Numbered from the stretch's first letter, positions 1 through 15,700 are shown. The stretch: DNA of 64,000 nucleotides from Octopus sinensis (GCF_006345805.1 NC_042998.1:194618001-194682000); one strand, 5' to 3'. Notes: generated by a model from the sequence alone, not told the origin. Numbers and translations are program-made.

Positions 1-197
1 AACTAACACCGGTTTTCAAGAGGTGATGGGGGACAAAGACACACAGATATATACATATACGACAGGCTTCTTTCAGTTTCCATCTACCAAATCTGCTTAA
101 TGTTTTAGTCGGCTGTAGTTGAAGAAACTTGCTCAAGGTGCCATGCAGTGGGACTGAACACGGAGTCAAGTTCGGGGAGAAAGCTTCTTACCACAGT
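1..197 (-). mobile_element. SINE family 1 partial copy
   Basis: Reverse-complement match to the SINE head. Confidence 0.75.
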
Positions 198-566
198 CAT
201 GTTGATAAATAAGAACCCCTTGATTTATGAAACCAGTCTAAAATGCTGGATATTTTAAAATTAAATTGAAATACATAAGGAGTGTATTTTGGTTAGAAAT
301 ATAGTAACGAAAAGGTTACTTAAGAATATACTATACATCATCAATGCATACTCTACAAATGCCATAATTCTTAGACATCTAGATTAATAAAATGTAGAAA
401 GGTTCCAACTAAAAATGAAAATTGGATTTGACATTCCGTTTGTAGGTATGCACATCAGCAGTAAAGTAGAATTTTTTTTTATAAATCTACTTAACTAGTA
501 ATCAAAATCAACAATAACCCAGTTGATATCATTTATGCAATAATTTTTTTAAAATAAATTACTTAC

Positions 567-735
567 TTGTAATTGGCGTATTGTTTCACCACCTTTGCCA
601 ATGATTAAGCCAACTTTATTGCCTGGAATCAGCATTTCAATAACATTTTGACCTTCAGGGACAGTAGTCTGATCTAAAGGCAGTGTTGCACTCTGTGCTT
701 TGTCAACTATTTTTTGCATTTGCTGTTTACAGGCA
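567..735 (-). CDS. FUBP1: FUBP coding exon 8 (end of KH1, linker, KH2 GxxG)
   Basis: acceptor cttctatttag, donor CAA|gtaagt; 169 nt; EMLIPGNKVGLIIGKGGETIRQLQ. Confidence 0.95.
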
Positions 736-3700
736 CTAAATAGAAGAACAAAATAAGGTGATTACATATGCATTAAACTATTAATTATAAGAATAAATTT
801 TAATACATTTGAAGTAAGCTGTTTTTGTATGCTGTATTTCAAATAGTTGCATCAGGCCTACACCTAACTATTATAGAGTATAAGACTATTTCTGAATTCT
901 TAGTGATTCCCTTTTTGTATCTATTTCCTTATATAACATTTACACATTAACTAAATATATACTTTACAAACGGACCTAAGAGCATATGAAAAGATTTCTG
1001 GCCTATGTCACACGACAGAGATGTACAGCTTACAAACGTGAGAAGTAGTCCATCTAGAATAGCAATCATCATCGTCATACTCCTTTTAATAATCGTGATG
1101 GACAGTTTGGTCTGAGGACTATATTGTGTTCCAGTATCTGCTTTAGTATAGCTTCTATTGCTGGATGCTCTTCTTAATGCCAACCATTTGACAATGTACT
1201 GGGTGTGTTTTTCAGGCCACTGGCACTAGTGAGACCATCATGCAGCTTGTAAAACTGAGATCCCTTCTAAGTGAATAACTGAACACAAACTCAGAGTACA
1301 CGATACTCTGAGCACCCAGTCAATGGTGTACAAAGGTTGGTTATTAGGACAATCACAAATTCAGTGCAACTACCAAAATTACCTTAAAGCAACAGGATTT
1401 TAAGGCTACCATTCATGTTGACATGTACATGTGTGCAGAGTACAAAGGAGATGGATGAGAGCCACAATGAAGACTCTTCCCAGTCAAACAGTTTGGCTGG
1501 TTAAAATGAATGGAATATATTTAGTAGGGATACTACAAGCAGAAAAAGCAAGTATGTCAGAGTAAGTGACAGAATTAAGCTTACACTGATGACATCAATA
1601 ATAATTTCTGCACATGTTTCAGTCATGAATTATAGATAAACTACAAATTCATTCTAACCATTCTCTCTTACTCATCAAAAGCTATTTTATCAGTTGGTGT
1701 CTTTTCAAACGAATTGAACAAAAGAGGATAGCTACTCTGATATACATGGCACAAGAAATGAAGCTTGATTTGATAGTATGAGAGAGAGAGGAAGTGATCC
1801 TTAAACACCCACATTGAAAATATGATATAACAGTGCCATTGGTTCAAGAAATGATACCGGGATGTTGTAGCCCACAGGTAAGCAATTTTGTAAAAAGATT
1901 CACATGTTAGATGCAATTGAATACTTTTCTAATGCAGAATGCACTGATCTTATCAACAAATAACTCACTGATGTATCGTCTCTTCTGAATCAACCTCATG
2001 CCACCTACATTTGCTTCTCCCTTGGATGTAAAACAATAGCATGTATGTGTATTTTGCAGAAGTAGATTAATACAAGATAAAATATATTAAGATACCTTAT
2101 TGCAGCTGGTGCACCTGTCAAAGAACAGACTCTGTCTGGCAAGCCTCCACTATCTGAAAATTACAGAAATAACTATTTATAATAACACAAACTTTTCTTG
2201 ACTTGTTAAGATAGAGTGGTGCAGAGTACCGCCTTTTGATCATTTTTCTTTTTTTTAAAAGAAAAATGCCACTTCACAAACAAATATAGCAAATGCAAAA
2301 ATATTTTTCAGTTCCATGTATAATTACATTCTTCTTTGCAAAGAATAATTTAAACTTTTGTAATGTTTTAAAATGCTTCAGCTGGATTACTATTTTCAAC
2401 TTGTGTCAGATAATACTGAAATTTCAAAGTAAACAATCATATAACTGTCTTTCGAAAGAGGAAGATTATTCCAAGTTATTCAAGGTCTACTGACAAAATT
2501 TAGTTGACTACTAACTGAAAATTTAAGAGTAGTCTCACACTAAAAGTGAATTGTTAATTGGAAATTAAGAAATTTTGTTAAACGTTGACAATTTTCATCC
2601 ATTTTCAATAAAATTAATTGTAAGCATGTATAACATTTACCACTAAAAGAATATGTAAACTAACTTAAAAAAATATTCCTACATCATAATCATCACAATA
2701 TTTGCATTATATATATATATAAATATATATAAAACATCGAATAGCATACTTGGTAAAATGGTATTAAAAACCAAGCCCTGAAAGAGAATTGCATACCATT
2801 GCACATATATATTCATTAAAACACACCATCATCTAATTATCATAATCCATAAAAAAGAATAAAAATACTAATTAACTTGAATCCAGAAGCAAAACTATAA
2901 ATAAATAAATAATGAACTGCTAAATGATTTGGTAATCCTAACTACAAAACTGCTAACTCGTACAGCCTTGACATGGAAGAAAAATCCTGAAGTTTGTTCA
3001 TTAACATGATGGCTGCAATTTGATGACCATAAAATTGGCTGTCAACTTACTCGTTTGATTTTCCACAACAATTTCGTCAAAGAACATCTAAATCTATTCT
3101 GTATTTCCTTGCCTTGTTCAGAAGCATCAGCAGCACCACTGATATTTTTAGGGATAGGGACAACCAACCCTCTGACTTTTTTCCTAGCCATTTCAGTTAA
3201 GGTAATAGTGGAAACAAAATTCTGTAATCCATCTTTTCTTCTGAGAAAGATGTTTCATTTCTGTGCACACCTCAATATTTCAAACATCTCAGATTAGAAG
3301 TGCCAGTCATGTAAACACTCATCGTATATTTTCTGATGTGAACATGTAAAAGAGAAAGCAATTGGTTCTGCCTACCCTATATATCCAAAACTAAGTGTAT
3401 TCAACCCCCAATTTGCACCAAAGATTTTGGCCTGAACTGCTGATGGCTTACCTACACACATTTCAGTTGCATGTAGAGGAATCGTTGATTGTTAACTCAT
3501 CTATATTAAATATAAAATATAAAAATCCCGTCAAAATTTAATACTGAAGCATAACATTGTAAACCCTAAGCCAATAGCTAGTTGCAGAAGTTTGTTACTT
3601 TAATTTGCAAAAGTATTCATGGTTTCTCTGAAATGCTCTGCACACCTGTAACTCAATCGACTTGCACTCAAAATGAAGACTGAATTTTGCTACGGTATTA

Positions 3701-6700
3701 ATCTAAATTTATATTTAGAAACATTAAAAACAAAGTAAGATTAGGAACAAAACCCTTCAAAATCTATTTGGAATGCTGAGTAACAAGATATTACTATCAT
3801 AACTGAACCCCATTAGGCACACAAAGCAAGTGTAGACCCATGCAAACCTAGTTACATATTAAGAAACATGAAGAAATTTACCAACGAAGATTAAAACAGA
3901 TCCTTTAATTGAATTGCAAACCCATTAATATATTTTAACATGCAATACAAGCAAGATTCCAAAATATATCTATTACATTTAGAAAACAATATATAAAATT
4001 AGTTTGAAATTCAAAGCCTTTACTTGAAAAAAAGTCATTATTCATCAACAGTTGAAGAACAAAAATCTACATTTCCTAGACCATAAATCAAGTATTAAAT
4101 TTCATATCAAACAGTACTTTATGCAGTGTGAGTTGTAGTCAGCATATAATGATCTGGTTGAATGCAAAATTACAAAGTATCTTAACCAAAGTGATTAAGT
4201 TACACAAGGAAATAATTTTAAGGATTAAATACTTTTCCTTTTATAGAGATAATAGTGTAAGTGTGTTCATTCCATATTGGGAACAAGGTAATGAATGGGC
4301 ATGGCATGAATGTGTGTATATTATAGTAAGTGGAGAGAATTTTCATAATGCCTATATTAATACCCATCCATAGAACTAGCTCTAAAGATGCCACCAGCTC
4401 ATGCTGAAAGTTAAGCCTGGATTTTCAAACATGAGCAACCTAATTATACACACATCATTGCTTATGAGGTAATTAGAATTTTGTATATGGTCACAAAACA
4501 TGCTGGATACAACAGCCAAATCCCTTCATAACACATACTTCTGTTAAAGAAAGGAACATATTACAGGATGTCCCAAGTTCCCTGAACAATGGAAATAGAT
4601 AAACCAATGTCTAGAACACTTTTGATCAGGCCTAACCTGCAGCTGAACAACATCTTTGTTTAAAACCCACTGAAAAACTGTTCTTTTTTCTTTCAAGTAT
4701 TTTTTTTTTCATTATTCTATTTGAGACAGTGTTCGAGTGTATTTTGAGAGATGGGGTATGACCATATCCTTTGTGAGAACTGTGTTATTGTTCTGCCTGA
4801 ACTCCTTTAAATTAATGATGACAAGAAAATCATATGCAGAGTGGGAATGCAGAAGATTGATGACTTGGGATTGGGAGTGTGGACAGTATGGATAATGGTA
4901 AAAGGATAGATAGACAGTATGGGTAATAAGAGGATAGGTAGACAAATATATTGGATGTGCCCAAGTGAAGTTAGCAGCACATGAGCAACGATAGTAGCCA
5001 TTCTTTGGATGCAGTCTAGGATGTGTAACAGTAGCACTATTCTGGGATCTCAACTGAACTTTGTAAGGGGCTGGTAGTCATAATGGGGTCAAATATTTTC
5101 TAGATCTCAAGAGCAAGTGAGTGAAGTCTTTGCTATATTGAGGGTGAGTATTCTTCAAAAGAAATCCTCAGCTGTGATAAAGTCTAGCATTTAAGCTACT
5201 TTAAGGGTTCTTGTTATATGTGTGAGCACACATGGAGTTAGTGCTTTTTTGGCGTGTGTAGTGATTGTGACCCTTCACTGTCAACACAAAACTAGCATAA
5301 GGCCACAACAGAAGAGATGAGATCTATTCATTGAGTAAATGCAGATTTGGCAGATTTGGGTTGCATGTGGATGCTGCCTAGGTGTAGAGGGTTAGTGAGG
5401 AGTGAAAGATGCTATCTTCTGTGAATGAGTGAGTGCTATGGAAAGTAATAATCAATCCTTGAAGTATATCAGAGTTCTATTGAAGTGCAATGGTAAGAAG
5501 CCATTGAGTCACAAGACAGGAGGTAGATGGAACTGAGTACAACTGTGTTGTAAAACTTCCTTCAGCTGAATTCCACAGAAGGGCAGATCAAAGCTAAGAG
5601 CTTTGGTAATTTTGAGGGCAGTATCAGTATTCAACAATTTCTTGAGTGAGAGTGCATTGGTTATAACTTGCTTTACAAAAGCCATACTATGTCATTAAGG
5701 AGGGAGAGATGTTGAAGAAAATTGCCAACATGTACAGCCTTGACATGAAAGAAAAATCCTGAAGTTTGTTCATTAATGCTATTGTCTTAACATGATGGCT
5801 GCAAATAGAAGTGGATGTCAATTTACCCTCGATTTTCCACAACAATTTCTTCAAAGAACATTTAATCTATTCTGTATTTCCCTGCCTTGTTTACAAGCAT
5901 CAGCAGCACCACTGATATTTTTAGGGACAGGAGCAACCAACCCACTCACATTTTTATGAGTCATTGAAAAAATTGGCAGTGAAATAGGGTGATAGCTTGG
6001 AACACCAGAGGGTTTGCCCTTTTTGGGAAAGGGATTGCGTTATTTCTAAACACTCAGATATATCCCTGTAGAGTGAGCAACAAATTGAAGAGTTTGGTGA
6101 GGTTGAAGGTTAGGTATGGAGCAGAAAGATGGAAATAATATTGTCAGGGTCAGTGGCCTTGACAATATTATGTGAATGCGTGTAGCAGCACAGCTCATGT
6201 AGTGGAAAGGGATGGTTTTTAGCTTTACCTAGTGTACAATCTTCCTCCACGAGTGTACTACATACAGAAGTAAAGTAAAAGGTGCATTCATTGAAATGGG
6301 TAGATCTTTTTGGTAAGTGACAAAAAAAAAAAAAAAAAATATTGGCTGCAAATCGAGAGCTGAAGAGGATTTGCAAAGTAGCACCCAAGAGATGGCTGAT
6401 GGTGTTTCAGCAGATGCTGTGCTGAGTAAGAGCCATCCAGTTTATAGGAAGAAGTGATTTTTCTGAAAGCAATTCAGGCTGTATTTTTGCCTGAACTAAT
6501 GCATCATCTACTTACATTTTCAGATTAATTTATCTTTATTCCTACTATGTCACATATTTTTGCATATTTACATGAGTGATAGTTTGGAGCAAATGTTTTA
6601 GTCTTATATGTAAACGGTTCTTCTCCTGCTAATCACACAAATGGAACCTACAGCAATAAGATGAAGGCAGTTGCATTTTTATGAAAAATGGCCTTTTAGA

Positions 6701-9700
6701 TGAAGAAAATATTGCACCATGTCATCATTGTGGTGGAGAAATGAATGAAGCTTTGAAGAGAGAAAGGGGGCAAAATTTCCCAGTTTTTCCTTTAGAAATT
6801 GAAAGGTAAACTAAAAAGTAACCAGAAGTAATCACCCTTTCAGTTGTAGATCAATCACATGCCAAAGTAGCACTGTTTTATTTATTCAACAAAGCAGACA
6901 GAAGAAAGTAGCATTACGTACATTGCTTGGAGTGAACACAATAACAGTAGTATGACCTTGACTGATATGGTCAGTATTCCTGGCAAAGATTTATTACTTT
7001 TGCATTGTGTTGTAGATGCAAATATTATTAACCAAAGTTTTAATAAAATAGCTATGATACATAAAATTTCCACATGAGCATGACTTGGAATGCATCATTA
7101 CAGCCTGAATAAGTTCCTTTTAAGGGTTACTTTTCCCCAAGTCTCTTACACAATTCCTCTGGCATTGTTTCAATGGTTGGATGCGCTAATACTGACTACT
7201 TTACAGTGTGTACTCAGTGCATTAGACTGGTGTTTTCTTTACATTGTTCTTTCATTTATTAACCACTTCACAAAGTGTACTTCAGAAGACCAAAGCCTCC
7301 ATTCACGCAAAGCAGAAGATGAATAGAGGAAAGAGTATAAATGCAACAATTCAAAAACTTTAGGATGGTAGGAGAGTGAACAATGGAAGAAAGATGGTGA
7401 TAGGCAGCTAAATGCTGGGGTGGGTAGATGGTATGATGTAAAAAATGGTAAGTGGAGGAGAGTAACCTAAGTCTAAAGAAAGGATAATGAGAAGTGAAGA
7501 GACTAAAGCATAGTAATGAAGATTGGTGGTGAGTGTCAGAATCCCACGCTTTTTTTTATTGCAAAATTTTAGAAAATAAAAGACAGGTGCACAAACTTCC
7601 AAAAAATATGCCTTCATCCAATACATTTTTGCAGTAGAAATTTTTTTTTTCAAATGGTAATTTTTATATTTTGTAGCCCAACCACTTTTGGCTTCTTGCA
7701 ACCAGATGCATTGTGCTACAGTGAGGACTTACAAAGAATAGCAAATTCTTTATGCACACTTTATTAGTAGATTTATTTTGCTAATGTGTAAATGTCTAAG
7801 CAATTCAAAACTGTTTTGCTATTATCAATGTTTTCATTGTTAAGCCAGTACAATTTGTTATGTGTGTGTGTGTGTGTTCTGAAACCATCCAATTCCAACA
7901 ATGACTGACTGTTCACCCAAACAAACCATTTGAAAATTCTACCATTGCTGACAAATATTTCCGAAATATTTCCATTGTAAGTAATATTGGGGAAAAAGTA
8001 AGGAAATAATGAAAACAATGCACCATAAATATATAAACCAGTTCCACATAATGTAAGCAATTTTTCAGGAACAAATCTGGAACCCACACAGTTGGATAGA
8101 TTTTAAAAAAAAAGAAAGAAAGATATCAATAGAAAAAGAATTTAACATCTATATTCAAGTGCATTCAGTACATATAATACAAACAAGGATGCTGCATTAA
8201 TAGTGATGAGGAAAAGATGTTGCATTTATATAGCTACGAGAAAAAGATTCTTGCAATTATAGCAATGAAAAGTAATTCAACTACATTTATACCAAACTAA
8301 ATGCCTGGAAAACAAATCTATTGAGAGTTGAAGATATTTTAAACTTCACATATATTTTAAAATTCAGTGAAGGTTAGCATGATCATATTTTACTGAAACT
8401 GACAATGATGGGTAGCCCGAATCTGACACAATCCAGAAAACTGCCTTATTTTAAGAAAGAAAGAAAAAAAAAAAACAAAAAAAAAACAGCATTTAACCAT
8501 AGGCAAACATTCATTTTATGGAAATTACAATTCAGGTTATAATATAAATTTCCTTTTTACAATTATTAAAACTGTGAAAAGAGGAACCATGGCATATAAG
8601 GTTAGAGCCAACAGCAAAGAAATAAAAACTCAGACAAATGAGAAAACATTCTATTTTTTAGAGATGATGAAACAGTCCCAATAAAACTTGTAAATATTGT
8701 GCACGACCAAAGCCAGTGATTACAGCATTCAAACTATCCAACATTTCTAATATCTAATTTCTTAATCATAAATGCTTCAATTCCTTTTGTAGGTCTTTAA
8801 AATTCTGTATCTAACAATTAACTATACCTTCTAAATACCAGCTTTTCAGAATCATTAGCAAATTATGTATTATGATTTAAATTATCATCATATGACTTTA
8901 AGTGGCTTGTGTTCAGTTGTTAAAAATCAATAAAAAAAATATAAAAACTGTTTATAATATACTAGAAACGTATTAAACACCATAACTAGGGAGTAAAACT
9001 GATGGTAATCAATTCTACTGTTAGAGCAGCATATTTCAAAACAAAATGTAAGATTTAAGATTTTTGTTAGAATTATCAAGAATTTTTGCCAGAGACAGTT
9101 GATACCAATAAGTACAAAAACGAAAAAAAGGAAAACAGTGAAAAAAAAAAAAAATAATGCTCTAACTACAATATCCATTACTTTAAAAATATACAGAAAT
9201 TTACTTAAATATTTACAAAGAAAATTTGTGAATGAAAACGTTAAATTTTTTAAGATACTTCTTTTAAATGCAGTTTTAATGATTGATCAATTAAGGAGGC
9301 AATTTTAAAACTAATAGTTTTGTAATAAAAGAAACAAATGGAGGAAGGGAATCAATTTCTGAAATTTTCTTAATTATAATTTATGACAGTTATGTCAAAC
9401 CAATTAGTAAGTGTCTTTATTGTTGCTCTATATTGTATTTAAATTAAACCAAATTAACTGCTATTAAATAAGTTTTACCACACACAGTCATTGATAGAAA
9501 GGTGAGGGGAATTTACAGTAGAATTTTATGCAAATAGGTCACTTAGAAGCACACTTATAACAAATCAGAACGTGTAATTAATCTTATGCTTACAATTTAA
9601 CCTGTAATCTTTAACAAAATATCAATGTATAATTTTTGTTTCACCTTTCTTTCAATGTTCACCTAATCTAAAAGGATTTCATATTTCTACCATTTATCAA

Positions 9701-12700
9701 AAGGAAGGCATCCCCAACCATATTGCATAGTGACTAAGTCTATATCAAAATATCAATTTCAGTGGAAATCTATTTTGTGGTCAAAGGTCATTAGTGACAA
9801 GCAGTTTTCCATATCAATATTAGCCCATTTATTAAATATACCAATATAACCCTTATCCTGCAGAGAGATTTACAGATATATAAAAGTATTAACAAAAACA
9901 AAGTGTATATATATATATACATACATACATATATATATATATTGATTTTTTTTTTAAATATGAAAATATTTTAACATTCAAAAAACATTCTCAAATTGAA
10001 AAACAAATTTTTGTCACGTAAACTAACTTCTTAATTTAGAGGGTGATATCTTGAAATCCAAGCTGACCAATAATTCAATTATTCTGAACTTTATTATTAC
10101 ACCAGAACAAAAAGGAAAAAAAAAGCCCATTAATTATACTTAAAATCCAACAAATTTTGATAAAGATTCCAAACTACTTGTTTACACTATCAGGAGCTAA
10201 CAATGGTTGTTAATTCCACTAGAAACAAACTAGTTTGAAAATCAGCAGGATAAGGGTTAATGCCTTCCTGTAGGATGCTTTAGGGTAACTGATATGGTCA
10301 GGAGCTAAAAAACAAACCTACCTGGTGCTATTTGAATTTTACAACTCGTTTCTGCTTGTAACCTTGATATCTGTTCACCACCTTTTCCTATAACTAAAAA
10401 AAGGACATGGAATGGTTTTAAGAATAATTCTACCTTTCTCTATTAATTTCTAAGTGTAAAAACAACTATACAAAAGAATTATTTTATTAAACTACTAGAA
10501 AGATAGTAATCAATTAAGGATGTGCTGGAGTAAAATAAATTTTGGTAAATGACCATATAAAGTAAAGAAAGTTATATACCGCAAGATAAAAATAGACACT
10601 TTATTTTTAAAAGGAAATAGCCTGGTGAAATAAAAAGTCGACTTAAAAACCTCAAATCCTTTCACACTAAAAGTAATTTCAGAAACAAAGATATGAATAG
10701 GAAAAATAATTTTAGTTAAGCAGAATAGAAAGCTTGATAGAAATAGAACTCCATAATTGAAAACAAAAGACAGGAGAACAAAACAAAACAACGCAGATAT
10801 GAAAACTGTACGGGAAGAGAATAATATTAAAATATATATGATATATATTATATATATACTTAAACATTATTCATTTGGAACTTACAGTGGAATGAATATA
10901 GAATTGATTAAAATGAATTAAACAGATGGGAAAAAAAAATATATATATATATATAAAAAAAAGCATTCCCTTATCTAAATGATTAGCTAAAAATACAAAA
11001 ATATATGCCTTTATTTAAACACCAAATCTTTTCTAGTAAGTGGAAAAAAAATTGTGATGGTCTCTGAAAATATTGTATGCTGATTTAATTAGACACGAAG
11101 GATTCCATATTGTATCAATGCTTCCCAATTCTAAGTAGAGAAAATATTTTCCATTTGTTCTTTTAAAATTTCGGGTACTAACATGATAGCAATAAAGAAA
11201 CTATAAATGTATTCCAAATGTAACAATGAACCAATTTTAAAATTTATATAAAGCAATTAAATATCAGCTGATGAAAGTTAAAATAAACTCTTCAGCATGT
11301 TTAATTTACACATCTCAATAAACTATAAATCTGGTGTAATTAATTAACCAGCCTACAAAAGACAAGCAATTTATGAGGTTTGGCTGCATGTCAGAAATTT
11401 GTAAGAAGTTTCATTATCTAAGGACGTTCACAGCCACATTGAAATTTATGACTTCATCAATAGACAGTAGCAAATAGATATACAAATGTAACTGATAAAA
11501 ACAAACATCAAGAATTTAATAAAAAAACTTTCACCTGCAAATAGATACTAGCAACATTGATAACATTGTTCAATTCGAATAAAATAATGTTGGCCATACA
11601 ACTAAAATGTTATGCAACTCAACTCACTCATCAAATTGTTTATATGACAACATAGCCCTCTCATCTTTTCTGTATGAAGGAATACTTTTACAAAAATCAG
11701 ATTTGTTTCACCCCACCCCAATCTTAAATGCTACTATTAGTCAATAACTATATAACAAACTATGAACAAATGTAGAGGCATGCATCAAATTTAAGAGCAC
11801 GCTACACTTGCTTTAAAATGAAACTGGAGTTAACCACAAACGATTTTGTAAATTGAGAAATGTATATTTTCAAAATGTAAATACACATCTTTCCAATGAT
11901 GACAAATGCTAAGAAAAGGCATAGCAAACACAATATATTGTTTTCTGGTAGTCATTAAAAGAAGATTAAGTAGTCCTCAGCTACAGAAACACTGATCCAA
12001 GAGCAAATACAGTAATTTCTATACTCATGGTAGCATAATAAATAGATTAGGATGTAAGATGTGGGTTAATGATATAGAGAACCATTAAGGGAAAAATCAA
12101 AAACTGAAAAAGAACTATGATAAACTGAACAATATATAGAAAATCAATTATAAAACTTGATATAAATTTACAATTGCTTAATATTTCTTTATCATCCATT
12201 ACCATAATCATCAGTTAAGCATTCACAACTTTGCACTGGTGTATGTTGTGTATATCTTTGCCATTTCTTTAGTGATGCATATTAGTATTATATATCTACT
12301 CCAGGATGGTCACTTGTCTTGCATATTAAAAGTGAAGCAGTTTGCATTTTCAACCGTGCTGTTTCTGAAATTTATGCTGTATACACAACAGACTACATCT
12401 ACCTTATTCCCTTCTACTTATTATATACAGCAAAATGTATTTTCTGTAAAAAGAGCAGACTGCTCCTGCAGTTTGTAGTTGACAACCAACCACACTGCCT
12501 AATTTAATACCAACACTTGGTCGTTGTGTGCTTTTAACAAAGTTCACTGTCGCAAACATTCAGAAATTCTCATTTCTTCCTATAGGCATTCAAAACTGGT
12601 ACCAAACCTCTTCATATGGAAATGCCTACTACCTGACTAATCTTTACAACAAAACTAATTTCATCATCACTTGTATAAAAGATAGCTTCACACTACCAGC

Positions 12701-15700
12701 AGTGTTGATATTTTGTGGTGGTTTTAATTACAGCAGTACAAGTACTATCCTGTAATGATTCTTCTTACAGAAATAAATTAGTTTTCTCCCTTCCATTTGA
12801 GTTCTTCACTTCCTTCAAAAGGTGTGAACAAGGTTTATTAAGCATTATACATTCCAGAACAGGCTGACTGGTGCAGTCCCATGAGGTAGTCATACAAAGT
12901 TAGGAGTTAAACCCATTCAGAAGTTCCTAGATAGATCAAGCAGGTTAAACCAAGCCAGCTAATAAAGAACTCATTTTCGTAGAGGTTAACAGCCCCTCCT
13001 GGTGTGTGTGGGGAAAAAAAAAGATAAAAGAAAAAATTTTTTACACGTGCCTAATAAGAATTGTAAAATATAATCTGCTATAAATCAAAACTGTATACCA
13101 TCATCCACCCAAGTTTCCGTAACTATTACTAACACCCCTAAAACTCCACTCTCTTGCATATCAGATATAGCTATGATGCCAATGGTGCTACTGTTACAAC
13201 TGCACATACTGCTTAGCAAAATAATTGGTCCCAAAGAACTTTAATGACAAAAAAGGGGGGGGGGGCTATCTTCATGAGAGACTCAAGTCTGTCAAAATTG
13301 TTAATGCAGTGAACATCAAAAATCTAATTAGAAATAACTATATGTTGAGGGAAAGACATCATTAGCTCTCATGAAGAAGCCTATGACTAAAATATAAGCC
13401 AATATATATATATATATATATATATGATACCAGTTATCCTAACTTGACATAACTGCCCAGCCCTCTACTTTCTCCTCATTGTTTCATCTGACATCCTAAT
13501 GCACCTAGACTTTACATTTTTACACACGAGAAAGAAAAACCACTATAAATATTCTCGTTGATAAAACCCCCATTATGAGTTTCTTTGCTACAGCCACTTT
13601 CTTCTGTCTATTATGAAGCTGCATTTTGTTGGCAAATTTCCTTAACCCCACAATCATTTCAGTTAGTCTCAAAATATGAAATACAAAAAGCCTAAATAGA
13701 AAGACACAAAAGTTCTGCTTCAAAAAATAAAGTTGTTTAAATTTAACTTGTAAATTATTTTTATTACTGGCTATATCAATGGTTTCATAAATAGTATTTA
13801 CTTTAGCATAAAGTTCTGTATCAGAAATTATGTTGAAAATGTGGAGTGAAATAAAATGAAATTATGTGTGTCAGTGTAACACCAACTACACTGCCATTAA
13901 TTCAAGTACTTTATACTGCAATAAATGGCCTTGTCCATATCCTAAATTTCATTTAATCACAATTGGTTAGAGAAGTTATACAGATGTAGCTGAGTACAAT
14001 TTTTAAAATATTAAAATGCACATCAGGTGTTTGATATGAAAAACATACACATGAAAAGAATGAAGATTTCCAGTCTTTCCACAAAAAAGTTTATTTTGCT
14101 TGAATCTAAGCAACGTGTATCACACTTGCTACATTTAGTAGCAAAGTCTAAAAATCTATTCTAAGTATGAATTCAACAAAATATCAACTAATTTCAGTAG
14201 TATTTTTAATATTGCTTTCAGATTATGTAAACAGTTTACATAATCAAGAAATATTTATATAGAATTTCATATTAAATATGCTCGAGTTTTGAGAATATCC
14301 AAGAAAATTCAATATTTTAACTCAATGAGTTGAAAGCTACTAAATTTACAATGTGTAATGAGATCTTTTTTGAGTTCATAAAATTAACCACATAAAAAAT
14401 ATTTTAAAAAATTTTTACTGCTAAACTAGCCAAAGTTTAAAAAAAAAAAGGTAAAATTTACAGAGATTTAAACATGTCAATACATATTTTCAAACGTGAA
14501 GAATCTAGAAATAAAGCAATAAACCAGTTGTTAATTTAAAAGAAACTTAAATGAGATTCAGCATGTGGAAAGGATGATTGCCATCAATTACTATTCCCAA
14601 ACTATATTGTTGAACCAGTCACTTTAAAAAATTGGTTTTTTTATCGTGTAATTAACTCTTAAAATTTGTGAGCATAATGATCTATTAAATTTATATTGCT
14701 ATATGTCATAAATATCAGTAACTGCAACTGAATAGATAAATTAATGAAACAGTTGGAAGATATGTCTCTTTATAGCTGAGTACATGATTTTTTTTTTTTT
14801 AAGGATTAAGTATAAATTAATGCAAAATATTTAGGATGGTTTTGGTATCACCATCTATAAACTGAAATATAAAAAATGTTGAGAGGCTACTAGGGAAATT
14901 AACAATACAACACATAATTGAAAGCATCATTGCATATATTATAGAAAGATTGTCTGTGCAGGACATCAGGATAGTTAGTTGCAGCAAACAGAAAAAGAGA
15001 TGAGAGGAAAGAAAAATGAAGTTATGAAATTAGTGTTCACAAACTCAAGGAAATAATTCTGACTCAAAATAAAATTGGGTTGTTTACTTCATTCTAAACA
15101 TTCTTAAAGATTATCATCGTAAAACAAAACTGAGAAATCTGCAACTGTTCGTCTTGAATTCAACTGGCTGAAAGCTTAACACAGTAATCCAATATAAATT
15201 ATAATGTACAGTTGAGAAATCCATTCACTGAAATACAATTTATTATTAAAAAAAAAAAATTTTTTTATAGCATTCGAACAATCCCAATACGTGCTTTAAA
15301 AAATAAGACTTTAAATGTACTTACTCAATCCAACAAGTTTATCAGGCACTTTATATTCTTCAGAAGCAACCATTTCCATTGATGAATGTGGGCCTGGGCT
15401 TGTGACAGGAGAGGACTTTTGCAAATTTGGATTAGAAACACCTAACTGTTGATTAATACGAGCAGCTGCTTCCTGTGCTGCTTGAGCTGCTTGTGTTGCT
15501 TGGTTAGATCTAGAAAACAAAAACATTCAGACAAGAACCAATAAAGCAAAAGTTACAATAACAGAAGAACTAGTTGTGGGTTCAACCTTATGTTTGTTTT
15601 TTCCTATCAATACAAGGCAATGATTTTGCTAGCCTCTATATCACTGAACTGAGAGAATTTTCATTTACATGCAATTGGTTAGGGTATGGAATAATTGTCC

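Noticed and set aside
7733-8441. Possible second cryptic exon in intron 6
   Set aside because: Acceptor is interrupted by purines and the acceptor-donor pairing is speculative
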